Made by a program: the position numbers and the translations under genes
Assembly: GCA_951406725.2 (NCBI GenBank)
Contig: OX597822.1
Coordinates: forward strand, 69,254,001 to 69,318,000
Direction of reading: 5' to 3'
Source: Octopus vulgaris
Lineage: Eukaryota
DNA: 64,000 nucleotides
Part shown: positions 14,040-27,666 of the stretch, piece by piece
Layout: each line of letters opens with the position of its first letter
Position numbering within the stretch: the first letter of the stretch is position 1
The notes under the pieces: model-generated
The model's input: only the letters and a program-made list of their open reading frames with translations
Database searches by the model: none
What the model was told of the DNA's origin: nothing

Positions 14040-14812
14040 ATTCCTACGTTGAAGTTCGTATATATAGCGACAATCTCTAAGGGTAATTGCCTGGGTCAAT
14101 TGTTAAACTTTTGGACAGTATTGTAATATTTCTGACTGGAACTTGTAATAAGAGATCATAACTGCAAAATGTGATATACTCTACCTTTCAAATGTATTTG
14201 AGAAGCTAAATTTTCTGAACAAACAGTTACAAGGTAAAATTACAAATTGTTTAATTTGCAAAGAGCCTAGACGTACTTTTCTTGGAAAATTTAATCTATT
14301 CAGAATAAATAGTGGGCGTGAGGAGTTGATGGCACTGACAATACTTAACTCCTATTGAGGAGGAGCTGTAAGAGAATGGTATTATAGTGTACATTGAAAA
14401 CTTGAAGAAATTGTACAATCATACAGAAATTACGTTCAAAACTCTACTGGAAATAAATATTCCAAGTTGGGTAGTATGCGCATATGGGACAAACGCAACT
14501 GATGTTGATATAAGACAACTAGAAAATCTCATTGAATTGCAGAGTAATCAATCTGCTCAAGCTAATTTTAGTCATGGGATCAATAACTGTGCACATGCAA
14601 TGAAATTGCTATGAAATTCCTATTGCTTTGGCACTCCTTTCCTACTTCTTACCTATTTGAGTTAGGTTTTAACAGAGTGTCTTTCCTTCTATCAAAAAGC
14701 TCCTAATCAGAAATTGTAATTATCGGTGGTCTTCGTTTGTCTCTAACAACTATTGGGCCTCATAATGAAACGCATGCAAAACTGCATCAGCCACAAAGAT
14801 CTCAGGATCTCA
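14040..14812 (+). pseudogene. Degraded hAT (Buster/Charlie-type, ZBED8/SCAND3-like) transposase C-terminal half
   Basis: Motifs SKGNCL, YLSNVFEKLNFLNKQLQG, IPSWV, LIELQ, FPTSYLFELGF, GGLRLSLT and HQPQRS in shifting frames. Confidence 0.75.
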
Positions 14813-16627
14813 CTGATGTTATTAATTTTCTAGATGCCAATAGAAGGTTCTGTTATGTGTGTTATATTAGAAAAATAATGTATGATTATAAATGCTTGTT
14901 TTATTGAATATACAAAACATTTTTTGTTTTTATGAAACAAAATAATATAGAATAAATGTGCGATTAAATGACACCGATATTTTTATGGGGTTTATTACAT
15001 TAATGGTAGAAAATAGTTCACCTTTGAAAATATTTTTTAAAAACTTCATTTATCAAAATTTAGTTCAAAAATTCTTTTATAGATTGTCAATTTTTAGATT
15101 GTCAATTTTTAAAATTTCATAGAAATAAATTTCATGACAATAAAACTACATTTTTTTACAGCCTAAATGATGGTTTAAAAATATGTAAAATAAATGGGTC
15201 TGTTTTATTGTTCATATACTCTCCTAAAATATGTAGCCTTGTGCTAATGGTAGAATTATATATGAAGAGAAACAAAACTAAATACTCTATAAATATCTCT
15301 TTATTTTTCCGGAACTGATTTTATTTTGATTCATCAGGGAGTCAATAAAACGGTATCAGTCTTGATTTTGCGTCCGTTGTAATCGATACTCTTTCTTCTA
15401 CAAATGTGTGGTTGCCTTATGACGGACAAAGTAGCGTGAAGCGTAAGTACCCTTCAAAGCGACGATCCGATCCAGTTCCAACTATCGGTTGATACCATAA
15501 TTTATTTACACCTATAATGATATCTGAAAAAGTATGAATATCGTAACATCATCTCCTCTTTTTGCTGAGAGAAAAGGAACCAAAATTATAAACCGATGTG
15601 TACCACAAAGACAGAAGCAATATTCCAGAAAGTAGACATGGGCATCGTGATTTCAATTTCTGGCGAAATCAATTCATTTCAATCATAAATATTGGCACAT
15701 TTGAACAGACGCGTATGTTACATTTTGCTAATACAATATAACACTGTTTCTCATATTAGAAGCATAACAGTAAATAACAATATAACAATAATAGTAGAGC
15801 ATCTGATTAAATTTCTTACAGTGGATAAAACTATAACTAACAGCTTGTAAATATTTGGATAAAAAAAGTCTGAGGCTCCCGAGGGACGCGAACCGAAAAT
15901 TTCTATCTATTATTTTCTATTCAAAGGTTTTTAAAATCCAATATTCACCCGCTATCATTTATAATTTTATATCCTTCGAGTTTCATTGTAAAAAAAAGAA
16001 AAAATGATTATTTCACGTCCCTCGAAGTTTCTAAATTTTTATAAATTCTTTACAGTTTTATTCCTCATTGAACGGAAGTCTAATCCTACCACAACAAATT
16101 TTGCTTTACAAATTAATCCACTAAACCTCTTTACTTCAAATTATTTTCGCACAAAGCGCCTATATACAAAATAAAGATTATATTTTTTCTTATAAAAAAC
16201 ATGGGACACTTAAAAAATAATAAATTATTTTAGATACTATGAAGTGAGTATGATAACTTATCAATTATCATGGCCCGAGCTTCTACTCTCTTCTTGCTCG
16301 TATTATCTATGACCTGTTCACAAAATTCACTATTTTAATCTAATTAAAATGATATTGAAAAAGGGTCTTCGAAATTATTAGTTTCTTTTTAATACATAAA
16401 TACATGATGTTTGCAAACTCGCGTTCGAGTATTACCATCGCCTGATTAAAAGTATCACACATACGAAGGCTACGACCAGCCATTTCTGAGATAGGTCTTC
16501 CTTCTCTTTTTTCAAGCGATGCCTGTGCATGATGATTTTTTTTTATAGTGGGGAGGGATTTTCACAAATCCAACCCGACGCTTTGAACATGGACAACATA
16601 AACTCGAAAAGAAGAAATAGTCAACTA

Positions 16628-17540
16628 GACAACAACAGAGGAGCCTCCCATTCCCAGTGGGCCAACCGCGCGCCTGCGACCAGCTGAGGTATTTCCACTC
16701 CCCGCGCATGTATACATGCATACATACACATCCGTTGGCCGTTGACTGTTCATGCTGGATGGCTGTTGACTGCTCATGAGCTTTTTCGCCCTTTGACAAG
16801 TCTTATTTCTCGTCCTGCAGGGTATCCAACGATCACCCTCCTTACATACATACACCATGGTTGTCTACTCCCTATGCAGAGTTTGACCATCTCTTGTACT
16901 TTCACCTTAGATCCATCATGGGGTCGGATGTGGCTTTTTAAACCAGACAATGTATTGAAAAGGCACCCACACAGACTGCATATCTGATTTGGACCACCAA
17001 GAGCTGCAGTTAAGTTCTAATCTTTGTGGATCTTAAAATGTCTTTTGAGGCCTCTGTTAAATTTGCACACCTTATGGCATACACGGTGTTGAAAGGTGTG
17101 CACAGATATATAGGCAGAGTAGTTTTTGGAGGTTCGTTTTTCATGGGTCCGCAAATGAGATTTGAGCCCAGCATAAAAAAGACATGGTCTGTCACAGACT
17201 GTGCACATAAAAAAGGCGCTGAGATTCACCTCGTTGATCTCAACATTTTTCTTTAAACATGTCTTGAGTCTTGCATGTGTTATCCTGGCCTCCTAAAAAG
17301 CTTTCACTCCACTCCACACCTTTGTTTGTTATTCAGCTCGATCAGAAGCAAGGGTTTTTATGACCTTTGGGTCCATTCCAAGTGACTTCATAGTAGTCCT
17401 TATGCCATTCTTAAACCTCTTTTTAGGTTTCCAGCGATTGCGTTTCCCCTCTGTAAAATGACCATAAAACATCACTTTAGGTGTGCGTTCATCTGCCATT
17501 CTAACTCATTTGACCATCTCATTTGATTTTTCAGAATCAT
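16628..17540 (-). mobile_element. RTE-clade LINE 3' fragment, inverted paralog of 12433-13471
   Basis: Reverse complement aligns throughout; CTVCDRPCLFYAGLKSHLRTH and CHKVCKFNRGLKRHFKIH fingers. Confidence 0.85.
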
Positions 17541-18521
17541 TGATACATATCTAGGATAATAGATACCTGCAAGATCTTTAATCTTGAAGAATTGTATAAT
17601 AGACGTTGGAAAGAAAACAGCTTTTCATCTTTACATTTATTGACGTTCCAACGTTTGTATGTGCACAGTTATTAAATCTGAATAATCACGATAATATTGA
17701 AAAAGAAAAAAAAGCATTAGGAAACGATACAGGACAACTTTGTAAAATGAAAAACAAAAAAAAAAAACGAAAATTTGCAGAACATTTGTTACATTTTCTG
17801 TATTTCTGTATTTATATTTGGACTCTCTTGTTTTATTTCACTCATATGGTTAAAAAAACTTAGCGAAAAATATGGAAGTTCCTTTTTATTTATCCAATAT
17901 TTTTTTTTGTTCTAAAATCCTGCTGCCTTATGTTTATCGAAAAAGCGATCATCACTATCCCAACCGTTTTTTCTTCTTTGTTTTTGTGTTTATAGTATAT
18001 CTATGGTTCTTGATATATGCTAGTCTGCACCTAGTCGAAATAACCGCTTTCAGGTACTACTTTCATGTGTTGATTCGAATTTACCATATATCGTCTACGT
18101 TTATCTTTGTATAACAAACTTAGGTACATAAAATACTTCTATAGAATCCTTTATAATTCGTTAATTTTTTAACGCTGTTCACAGCTTCATTTACATCAAA
18201 GTGTTTATGTAGTTTGCTCTTGTCAAATTTTCTATTATCATTTTCTGTATCTAATTTGACATTCTCAATTATTTTTACTAGTCTTAGAGTACTTTGCCAC
18301 AGCTATTTAAAGCCATATTAATTTTTTTACGTCTTGTTTGAATTTATGTACGTGTTTGATAGGGTCCCCCTGATTTCTATTGTACTTTGTAAGTATTTTA
18401 AAGTCATTCATATGATGAAATAATTTTTAGCTTGTTCGTAACATCTATAACTGGTCAATTTTCCAATTAACCGATTCTAACATCACCACTAACTTTAATA
18501 AATCATTATCATGGTTGTTCA

Positions 18522-18910
18522 AAGGCGGTGATATGGCAGAAACGTTAGCATGCCGGGCGTCGACTTTGCCTTTTATCTTTTCGGGGTCGATAAATTAAGT
18601 ACCAGTCGTGTACCGGGGTCGATCTAATCGACTGGCTTCCCCCACCCCAAATTTCGGGCCTTGTACCTAGAGTAGAAAAGGTTATCATGGTTGTTCAGAA
18701 GGCGGTTAGCTGGCAGAAAAGTTAGCTCACAAGACAATAGTATTTAACGGCATTTTTTCGGGTTCGTTATATTCTGTTCGTTGAAATACCGTCGAGGTCG
18801 ACTTGGCTTTTCATCTTTTCAGGTTCCGTAAACTAAAGTACTAACTAATAACTAGGGCCGATATAATCGACTTACCTCTCCCCTCTGAAACTACTGGCAT
18901 TGTACCAACA
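18522..18910 (+). mobile_element. Two adjacent SINE family A copies; the first is flanked by a 16-bp TSD
   Basis: TTATCATGGTTGTTCA at 18506-18521 and 18682-18697. Confidence 0.85.
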
Positions 18911-18929
18911 TATTTAAGGGTTAGTATAG

Positions 18930-19150
18930 TTACTTTTGTATTTCTTGTTTTATATCCTGTAAGGCCAGATCTAAACGACGAGTCTTAGATGCTGAAGTCA
19001 AGACGTCATATGATTGATAACATGCTCCGTAGTGTATGAACTGTTCCAAGTAGTGCGATCTGCCAAGCTTTAAATATTAATGTCGTCCGAGATACGGTTA
19101 GTGAACTTTCCATTCCCTCTGTCGTGTGTCCTGGTACACCATTGACAAGT
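18930..19150 (-). mobile_element. R4/Dong-like LINE extreme 3' end
   Basis: Minus strand reads QIALLGTVHTLRSMLSI*, matching the R4/Dong C-terminal 'ALLGTAHILR' motif. Confidence 0.55.
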
Positions 19151-19394
19151 ATTATTTCTATCTTCATATTCTACATCCTATTGATTTCGATCATAGTTTT
19201 TATGAATTGTTGCAAATAACAATGTTTTTCGAATCCAGCGAATGGTAGTTAAACTGAATGATATTTTCATCCTATGACAGAAAGAGGTAAGGATGGTGTT
19301 AAAATGGTATGTTTATGAAGAAGGAATGAACAGAAGGAGGCGGTGAGAATATAATGAGTAAAAACAATGGCGAGAGAATGAAAACACGCTGAAA

Positions 19395-19431
<37 letters not shown>

Positions 19432-19803
19432 TGTGGCTGTATACGATTATATAAAAGTATGTGGGAGAGATAGACAGAGACAGGGGTAGATAGGGAAACA
19501 GAGAAAGAAGAAAGAAGGAGAAGGTGTGAGGATCTGAAGAGTTTGGGATGAGAAGCGAAAGAAAACAGAAAGTAAATGTGAGATAAATGTAAACAAATGG
19601 GAGCAAGAACAAAGACAAAAGAAAAAAAAAACGAATGTTTGAACGAGAGATAAAAGGCGTGAACGAAGACATAAAACGACATTTAAGACAAATATAGATA
19701 GATTAGATTAATAGATAGATAGAAAGATAGATAGATAGAAAAATAAATACAGAAAAGAGACATGGAAAAGTGTGTATGCGTATGTATGTATGTATGTGCG
19801 TAT

Positions 19804-19839
<36 letters not shown>

Positions 19840-20599
19840 GCGATGTGATGAAGTGAATCTATAACACTTAAGTAAACCGAGATGTTGATACAAACTCAAT
19901 CAGGATATCATTGTAGAGTAGACAGCTACTGCTGTCCATTCTGTCAGTTAATTTGTCCACTTCAAAGTGTGATTCGTAAAAAGACCATTTGTTAATTCTG
20001 TGACGTAGTTCCGCACAAAGCAGTGAAGAAAGTCAGAAATTCTATTGACAAGTTCCAGCGATATTTGTAGTCAAGTGAAGTTAATCACTCTAAAGTTTCC
20101 GATTTCGGTTTAGACAATCAATTATCAGTTCTATTCGTATTAGGAAATTTCTACTAAATTTCTTGATATACCGGATACGAAAATATAACTGGTGCAGTCG
20201 AGCTAAATAAAGAGGCATTCTCGTGTCTCTGGAGGTAAAAAAGACGATGCTTGTGCTTAAGATTGCGTACCACGATAACAACTATCTTTAGACTAGATAC
20301 TGAGATAAGCTAGAGTTAATCAATTAGATTAAAACTAAAGATCTAATTAGATTTTGAAGACTTGGCAACTCACCTAAACGGTCGTGTGTTCAAATGACAT
20401 CACCCTCGAGTCTACAATGGAGGCTCTACGCGGTTGCTCGCTCTGCTCAAATAGGAACAGTACATTGGATAATGTGTGAAAGATGAGATATATTAAAAGA
20501 ATAAAAAGACAGGATGATTACGCTTTGAAAGTCTTTGATTGTAGGTCAGCTTATTGAAGCTTGGCTTAAAGCTAAACAATAACAGCAACAACATCATGA

Positions 20600-21130
20600 A
20601 CGTCACTATCGGTTACCTATAAGAGGCACGGGAGATGTGTCATCTCGACTCCAACCCCTACTTTTCTTTACAGACGAAAAGTAATGTTCACCTCGGCGGA
20701 ATTTGAACTCAGAACATAATGATCTTCAAGAAATACTACAAAAGCACAAGGCCTGAAGTTTTGGTGAGAGGGGCTAGCCAGTAACTTCGACTCCAAGTGT
20801 TTCACTGGTACTTATTTTATCGACTCCCGAAAGGATGAAAGGCAAAGTCGACCTCGGCGGAATTTGAACTCAGAATGTAACGGCCGATGAAATACCTATT
20901 TCTTTACTACCCACAAGGGGCTAAACACAGAGAGGACAATCAAGGACAGATAAACGGATTAAGTCGATTATATCGACCTCAGTGAGTGACTGGTACTTAT
21001 TTAATCGACCCCGAAAGGATGAAAGGCAAAGTCGACCTCGGCGGAATTTGAACTCAGAACGTAACGGCAGACAAAATACCGCTAGGCATTTCGCCCAGCG
21101 TGCTAACGATTCTGCCAGCTCGTCGCCTTT
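20600..21130 (-). mobile_element. Multimeric SINE family A
   Basis: Three repeats of CCTCGGCGGAATTTGAACTCAGAA; head at ~21130 abuts (ATT)n. Confidence 0.85.
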
Positions 21131-21192
<62 letters not shown>

Positions 21193-21316
21193 AATAACGA
21201 TAATAATAATAATAATAATAATAAAAAGAAGATGAGGAAGGATGGAGGCGGAAGAAAATCCTGCCCTTCAGTTATTCGAATCGAGTGTGCCATACTAATT
21301 ATTTAGGCATGCTCAC

Positions 21317-21573
21317 CTGGCAGTAACATCGCTTGGTAAGTATTACTAAAAGAAAAATTTCCTGTGATCCTTACATTGACCTCTGCGAGAAGCTGGATTT
21401 CACTGTTCACACAAAAACAGTTGGTCAACGTAAATATATCGACAGGTAAAAGATGAACACAATCAATGTATGTAGGACAGTTTTGCTGTCCCTTCCACCT
21501 CCGGGACATGCCTATCGGATCACGCATTTATTATTACCATCAGCTCATCTGGCTATCCACCGCGGTCCTCATC
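21317..21573 (-). other. Candidate host exon
   Basis: Non-repetitive sequence bounded by acceptor TTTTCAG|G (21580-21573) and donor CAG|GTGAGC (21319-21311). The ORF from ATG 21527 stays open to the donor. No homology recognised. Confidence 0.3.
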
Positions 21574-21907
21574 CTGAAAATACATAATCGATTTTTCTCA
21601 TCAATATTTCAATAATCCATCTGATTTTACTGACGTCGATTTTACTGTCAAATTGCGAGGACCAATATTTACAGAGAATGCAGTACTTGCTAACCAAATA
21701 CAAATTACCCATACTCGGCTGATACAAATCTGCAGAGTGTTCAAAGTAATGAGAAGTCTCAAAGCGTTTCTTCTGGGACAATCGTACATGTTTAGTGACC
21801 ATACATTCTTACTGACGATGCAAATTCAGGGCATGTTTAAGCATCTCACGATTTAGATATATTTTATAAACAGGGCCATCAAAAAATTTACGTAAGACGT
21901 ACTAGAC

Positions 21908-22397
21908 CAGAGCTGATGAAACTTTTTAGTGCGGCGGGCAAAAAACTATAAAGAAAAAGGTCTGTGGCCGTAGACCTTGTATATATCTATGTATAATACG
22001 ATATACATTAAAGATAAGTTTAAAACATTAAATTAACGCGTAACATCTTCATTAACGCAGCTACTGAATTTAGGACATATTACTTACGAGGTTTCTATAT
22101 TTTCAGCTAGAATGTAGTTGGGTCTCAAAGGGGTGGTACAAACCTAGCAATATGTGTTTTATAGTGAAAACAAAATTTATTTTCAAATGGCAGTTACCGG
22201 ACGATTTTCTGTCCGAGTCTGTTTTAAGTCGTTGTGGAAACGCGACCTATGTCGCAAATAGGCATAGGAATATTGTATAAATTTTATGATTGAAAAATTA
22301 ACTATATTTTGTACATACGAGTATATCAGCCTGCGAACGAAATAAAATGGACTAGTGGGGGCAATTGCGCCCGTGGGCAGGGGTTTCCCCATCTCTG
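21908..22397. mobile_element. hAT (Charlie/Buster-type) MITE
   Basis: Imperfect TIRs CAGAGCTGATGAAAC / GTTTCCCCATCTCTG; 8-bp TSD TACTAGAC / TACTAGAT. Confidence 0.65.
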
Positions 22398-22458
22398 TAC
22401 TAGATCATGAACTCCAGCTTCATTAGTTTTTACCTGCAACGAAGTACCGCAACCAAAT

Positions 22459-22761
22459 TGTTTGTTTCTTCTCGAGCCACGCCTGGCATATAAGGGCCGG
22501 TTTCCCCAGTTTCATTAACGTATAGGTTCCTCACCTGGATGGGACGCCGGTCTGTCGCAGGTGAGCTGCAAGATGCAGGCGGAAAGAGCGAGAGAATGTT
22601 GTGGCGAAAGAGTCAGCAGAAGTTCGCCATTACCTTCTGCCGGAGCCGCGTGGAGTTTAGGTGTTTCGCTCATAAACACACACATCGCCCGGTTTGAGAT
22701 TCAACCCGCGATCGCTCGACCGCGAGTCCGCTGCTCTAACCACTAGGCCATGTGCCTCCAA
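22459..22761 (-). mobile_element. SINE family C (tRNA-like head, V-SINE-like body)
   Basis: 13-bp TSD ACCGCAACCAAAT (22446-22458 and 22762-22774); A/B boxes; ...GGCGTCCCATCCAGG motif. Confidence 0.85.
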
Positions 22762-23113
22762 ACCGCAACCAAATAGTCTACTTTAAACATTGAAGTTCAG
22801 GTGTACTGATATGGTTGTACATGACAAAATCTAAACAAACTTGATTTCTTCGTGTATTTGTATCATGTAGCTTTTTATCAGATGTTAAACTCTGTTGTAT
22901 ATTTTTTTAATGCAAAAGTATGTTGTTACTCTAAACATGCTAACTTCTGTTTACTGAGTTTGCTTCCGAAAAATATTAACTTCACTCAACTCCAAAATTC
23001 GTGGGAATATTTTGTAGTTCACTTAATATGTTTCGAGTCATACATACATACATACAAGTAAACATATACACTAACACACACACACACACACACGCACAAA
23101 CACTCACTCATAA

Positions 23114-23145
<32 letters not shown>

Positions 23146-23268
23146 ACATGCAAAGACATACACACACACACATGCAAAGACATACACACACACACACAAA
23201 CACACGTACATACGAAGACATACACACACACAAACACACACACAAGCACATGTACACACATATTCTCA

Positions 23269-23365
<97 letters not shown>

Positions 23366-23469
23366 GTCTATTTATTTATATGTCTGTCTATCTATCTATC
23401 TATCTATCTATTTATCTGTCTGTCTGTCTGTCTGTCTGTCTATTTACCTATCTATCTTGATAGCTAGCT

Positions 23470-23501
<32 letters not shown>

Positions 23502-23885
23502 ACAGTGCGGACTTTCCTGTCTAAACGACACATGAGGGTCCCGTAGCATCATCCTACCCAACAGCCTGTATAGACGATTTGTTTATAGTCCTCCATTGTT
23601 TGTGCTGTACTTTAGCTCACTTCCTCCATCAAGCCTACATTGCATGTACGGGTGCACGGCGTACCACACGTCAGACTTCGAAGGGATCACAGAACATGTG
23701 TTTTGCTCAAGAACGCAACGCACCGCTCAGTCCAAGAATCCACATACGCACACACACACACACACACACATAAATGGAACAAAGATATGTTTGTATGCAC
23801 GCCATCATGGACGTAAATGATTGAAGACTTTGGTATTTGAAAATATTTGTAATGAAATTACGTTATAATGCTAGTATTATCTGAT

Positions 23886-24189
23886 GTGTGGAGGCGCAAT
23901 GGCCCAGTAGTTAGGGCAGCAGACTCGCGGTTTCGATTCCCAGACCGGGCGTTGTGTGTGTTTATTGAGCGAAAACACCTAAAAGCTCCACGAGGCTCTG
24001 GCAGTGGGTGGTGGCGACCCCTGTTGTACTCTCTTGCCACAACTTTCTCTCACTCTCTCTCTTCCTGTTTCTTGAGTAACGCTGCGATGGATTGGCATCC
24101 CGTCCATCTGGGGGGAACACATACGCCGCAGAAACCGGGAAACCGGACCCATGAGCCTGGCTAGGCTTGAAAAGGGCGACGTTTATCGT
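23886..24189 (+). mobile_element. SINE family C (V-SINE-like tail)
   Basis: Head GGAGGCGCAATGGCCCAGTaGTTAGGG...TTCGATTCC; 11-bp TSD TATTATCTGAT. Confidence 0.85.
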
Positions 24190-24529
24190 TATTATCTGAT
24201 TTATGACTGTAACCTCCTTCGTGTTACAAAAATACAAGGCTCACTGGCAATAATAACATATGTTAGTAGCTTCGTATAATGCATCAAGTGGTGATGATGG
24301 ATTATTTAATTGAAAATATTTTAAGAGAAATAAGGGGGTAAAATTAACGGTGTATCAAGCAGTTATCTTGTATATCCTATTCGTGCTGGTCTGGGCTGGG
24401 TTGTCTTCATTAAGAAGTTATCGAACAAATTTACAGCTACGGTGATAGTGATGTCAGCGGGTAAGATGAGTTCAGAGAATAGCGATAGGACAAGAGTATT
24501 TGGAGAGTCGTCTGTGTGTTACACTTTTT

Positions 24530-25013
24530 ACCTTTTTACTGACTTCCGTCATTGAACTGCAGCTCTGCTGGGGCACTGCATTGAAGGATCTAATCGATTA
24601 AAATCAGCCCAGCACATTTTTTTTTAAAGTTTGATCTTTTCTACAGTGCTCCGTTTGCCGAAATGGCTAGCTGAGTTACGGCGATTCAGAGAAACTAGTA
24701 CCAGTTGTCAAACCCAAGGACCCATGTGCGCACGCACATGCACTCACACCCACCCACATGCATACACACACAAAATAGACACACAAAAGGCACACAAAAT
24801 ACACACACAACACACACACAATACACATGCACACACACACAAAACACACAAAATTGGTTTCCATATTGTCGACGTCTACCAAATTTACTCGCAAGGTATT
24901 GGTTGATGCGAATCTATATTAGAAAACACTTCCTCAAAGTGGCGCACAGTGAGACTGAACCTTAAAACCATGTGGTTGCGAAATAAAGCTCTTAATCACG
25001 TTGCCACGCCTGC
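24530..25013 (-). mobile_element. Diverged SINE family B
   Basis: Similarity to 60832-61238, including the internal CA-rich tract. Confidence 0.65.
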
Positions 25014-25132
25014 CATTGTATTAGTCAGGAATATGGATAGATGATCGGAGTAACTGAGGCATGCAGTTCAGGATGATGAATTATTCAGTGTTTTGGCGAC
25101 AATAACTGATTGAACGGGTATTTCCTCTCTCT

Positions 25133-25292
25133 TTACGTTCTGAGTTCAAATTCCGCCGACGTCGACTTTGCCTTTCATCCTTTCGGAGTCGATAAATTAA
25201 GTACCAGTTGCGTACTGGAGTCGATCTAATTGACTGGCTCCCTCCCCCCACACCCAAAATTTCGGGCCTTGTGCCTAGAGTAGAAAAGAATA
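25133..25292 (+). mobile_element. SINE family A, 5'-truncated
   Basis: Near-identical core and tail to other copies. Confidence 0.85.
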
Positions 25293-25361
25293 ACTGCTTT
25301 AACGGTGTGTGCGTGTGTGTGTGAGAGAGAGGGAGGGAGAAAGAGAAAGAGAGAGACAGGC

Positions 25362-25396
<35 letters not shown>

Positions 25397-25862
25397 AGGA
25401 AAGAAAGAAAAAAGAGAAGGTCAAGAGGAAGAAGTCCGATAAATTAGCTTCAGTGAAAGTTGAGATGAAATATATATATATATTCTCAATACAGAAAGAT
25501 ATCTATTCGGACAATAACTGTTGGTTAAAGGAGTAAGGAGAATAGTAAAAACAACTGGTGAACTTAGAAAAAATGGGATATTTTCCGCCAGAGTAACTAA
25601 AAGTCTAATGAATCTGAACTGACTTAAAGCATCTGTGCTGCAAACGACCAGGTGAATATGCGTGAGTTGTATGGAGGTTAAATTCAATGGAAGCGCTGTC
25701 TACACCGTACGTTGAAATAATTCTGATAATCCCACAAAAGCCAGCATAATGCATTGATATAGATTTGAGTCCAAATCTGTTTCCTTTTAATCTATTATAG
25801 CTCAGTAAATCTATTATACATGAATAAAAAACACGGACACAATGTGTATATTTTAATATGTC

Positions 25863-25911
<49 letters not shown>

Positions 25912-26101
25912 CATAGATGAGCTCCAGATGTTCTCCGTATAGAATACACTTTCTTTCTTCCACTCTTTTAATTTTCTCTATCATTTGTACTCTGTGAGTT
26001 GAGCCTTTTGATATGTACACAACCATACACATTATTTTGTAATTTCATGTATTTAATATACTTGAATATTGATCTGTTTAATTTGCTTATCCTCACATGT
26101 G

Positions 26102-26141
<40 letters not shown>

Positions 26142-26145
<4 letters not shown>

Positions 26146-26183
26146 ACAAGGAGAGAAAAAATGTGTGTAGTGGCTAACGATCT

Positions 26184-26231
<48 letters not shown>

Positions 26232-26408
26232 AGATCGTTAGCCACTACACACATTTTTTCTCTCCTTGTCTTTTCTGTGTCCCTTTCTGTAGAAGAGCGT
26301 AGGCTCGAAACGTAAAAGACTTTTTCTATTCCTGAGCGTTATACTAATACATCTGTTTGTTTTGTACACCACCTGTCTTCGTCTTTTGCTTTTTTCGTAA
26401 ACTCTCCC
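26142..26408 (+). mobile_element. Penelope-like pLTR-type repeat with inverted 5' copy and HHR-like motif
   Basis: Perfect 46-bp inverted repeat (26142-26187 / 26228-26273) around (TA)n; motif cttt-CTGTAGA-agagc-gtag-gctc-GAAACGTA-aaag at 26283-26318; second copy at 39868-40048. Confidence 0.6.
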
Positions 26409-26629
26409 TATATATATATATATATAATGTATGTGTGTCTTTGTAAAATGGTACTTAGTGATGCTCTAGAAAAGCAGCCGGTTTCAGGCACCAACTAGTA
26501 TAAGTTAAAGAGAATATCTGTGTAACTATCTAATTGTTTGTTCGTCTGCCTATGTATAGGTAGGTGAAGAGTTTGGTATGCATTGCATAGGTTGGCCCAC
26601 ACTACGTATATACGTATATAGATTGCACC

Positions 26630-26900
26630 TAGAATGTTACCCTCCAAGGCACAAGTCTGGGCAAGGTTGTTTATGGAAGACCAGCAGTCGCCCACGCATA
26701 CCAGTCTCCCTTCTCCATGACACCGATGTTATCCAAGGGAAAAGCAAAGGGGATGCAGCTTTGCACCAGTGACGTCACAACTCATTTCTACAGCTGAGTG
26801 AACTAGAGCAACGTGAAATGAAGTGTCTTGCTCAAGAACACAACACACAGCCCGGTCCATGAATCGAACTCACTACTTCATGATTGTGAGCCTAACGCTA
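26630..26900 (-). mobile_element. SINE family D (tRNA head, CORE-like body)
   Basis: B-box on the minus strand; homologous copy at 59195-59490. Confidence 0.75.
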
Positions 26901-27173
26901 AAGAAACTTTAAGAAAAACAACTGAACATTTAATAATTTAACAATAAAAGCAAAGTCCAGTTAAATATATAACATTTGTTTTAACTAGTCTCCCAACAAC
27001 TTATTTATCAAGTTGTGTGTGTGTGTTTGTGTGTATGTGTGTGTGTGTGGTGATATATATATATATACATATATAGATGAATATATATATATATAGATGT
27101 ATATATGGATATATATATATTGATGTATATATATATGCATATATATATATGTTTATATATACATATATGTGTG

Positions 27174-27215
<42 letters not shown>

Positions 27216-27263
27216 CATATATACACACATACTCATACACACTGTACATGCATGCATGTATAT

Positions 27264-27349
<86 letters not shown>

Positions 27350-27518
27350 GAGAGGTATTGATATCCAGAAGACCCAAGATAGCAGGTAACGTTATGTAGG
27401 TGCTATGGAAGGACCGTAAACTCTCGGTTCGATAATGATTCGAGTAAGGAGTCTAATGCGGGTCTTGTATGAGCATTTATATATTTTTAAAAATGCCTCA
27501 TTTTGTTTAACACACACA

Positions 27519-27614
<96 letters not shown>

Positions 27615-27632
27615 GTATGTATATGTATAATG

Positions 27633-27666
<34 letters not shown>

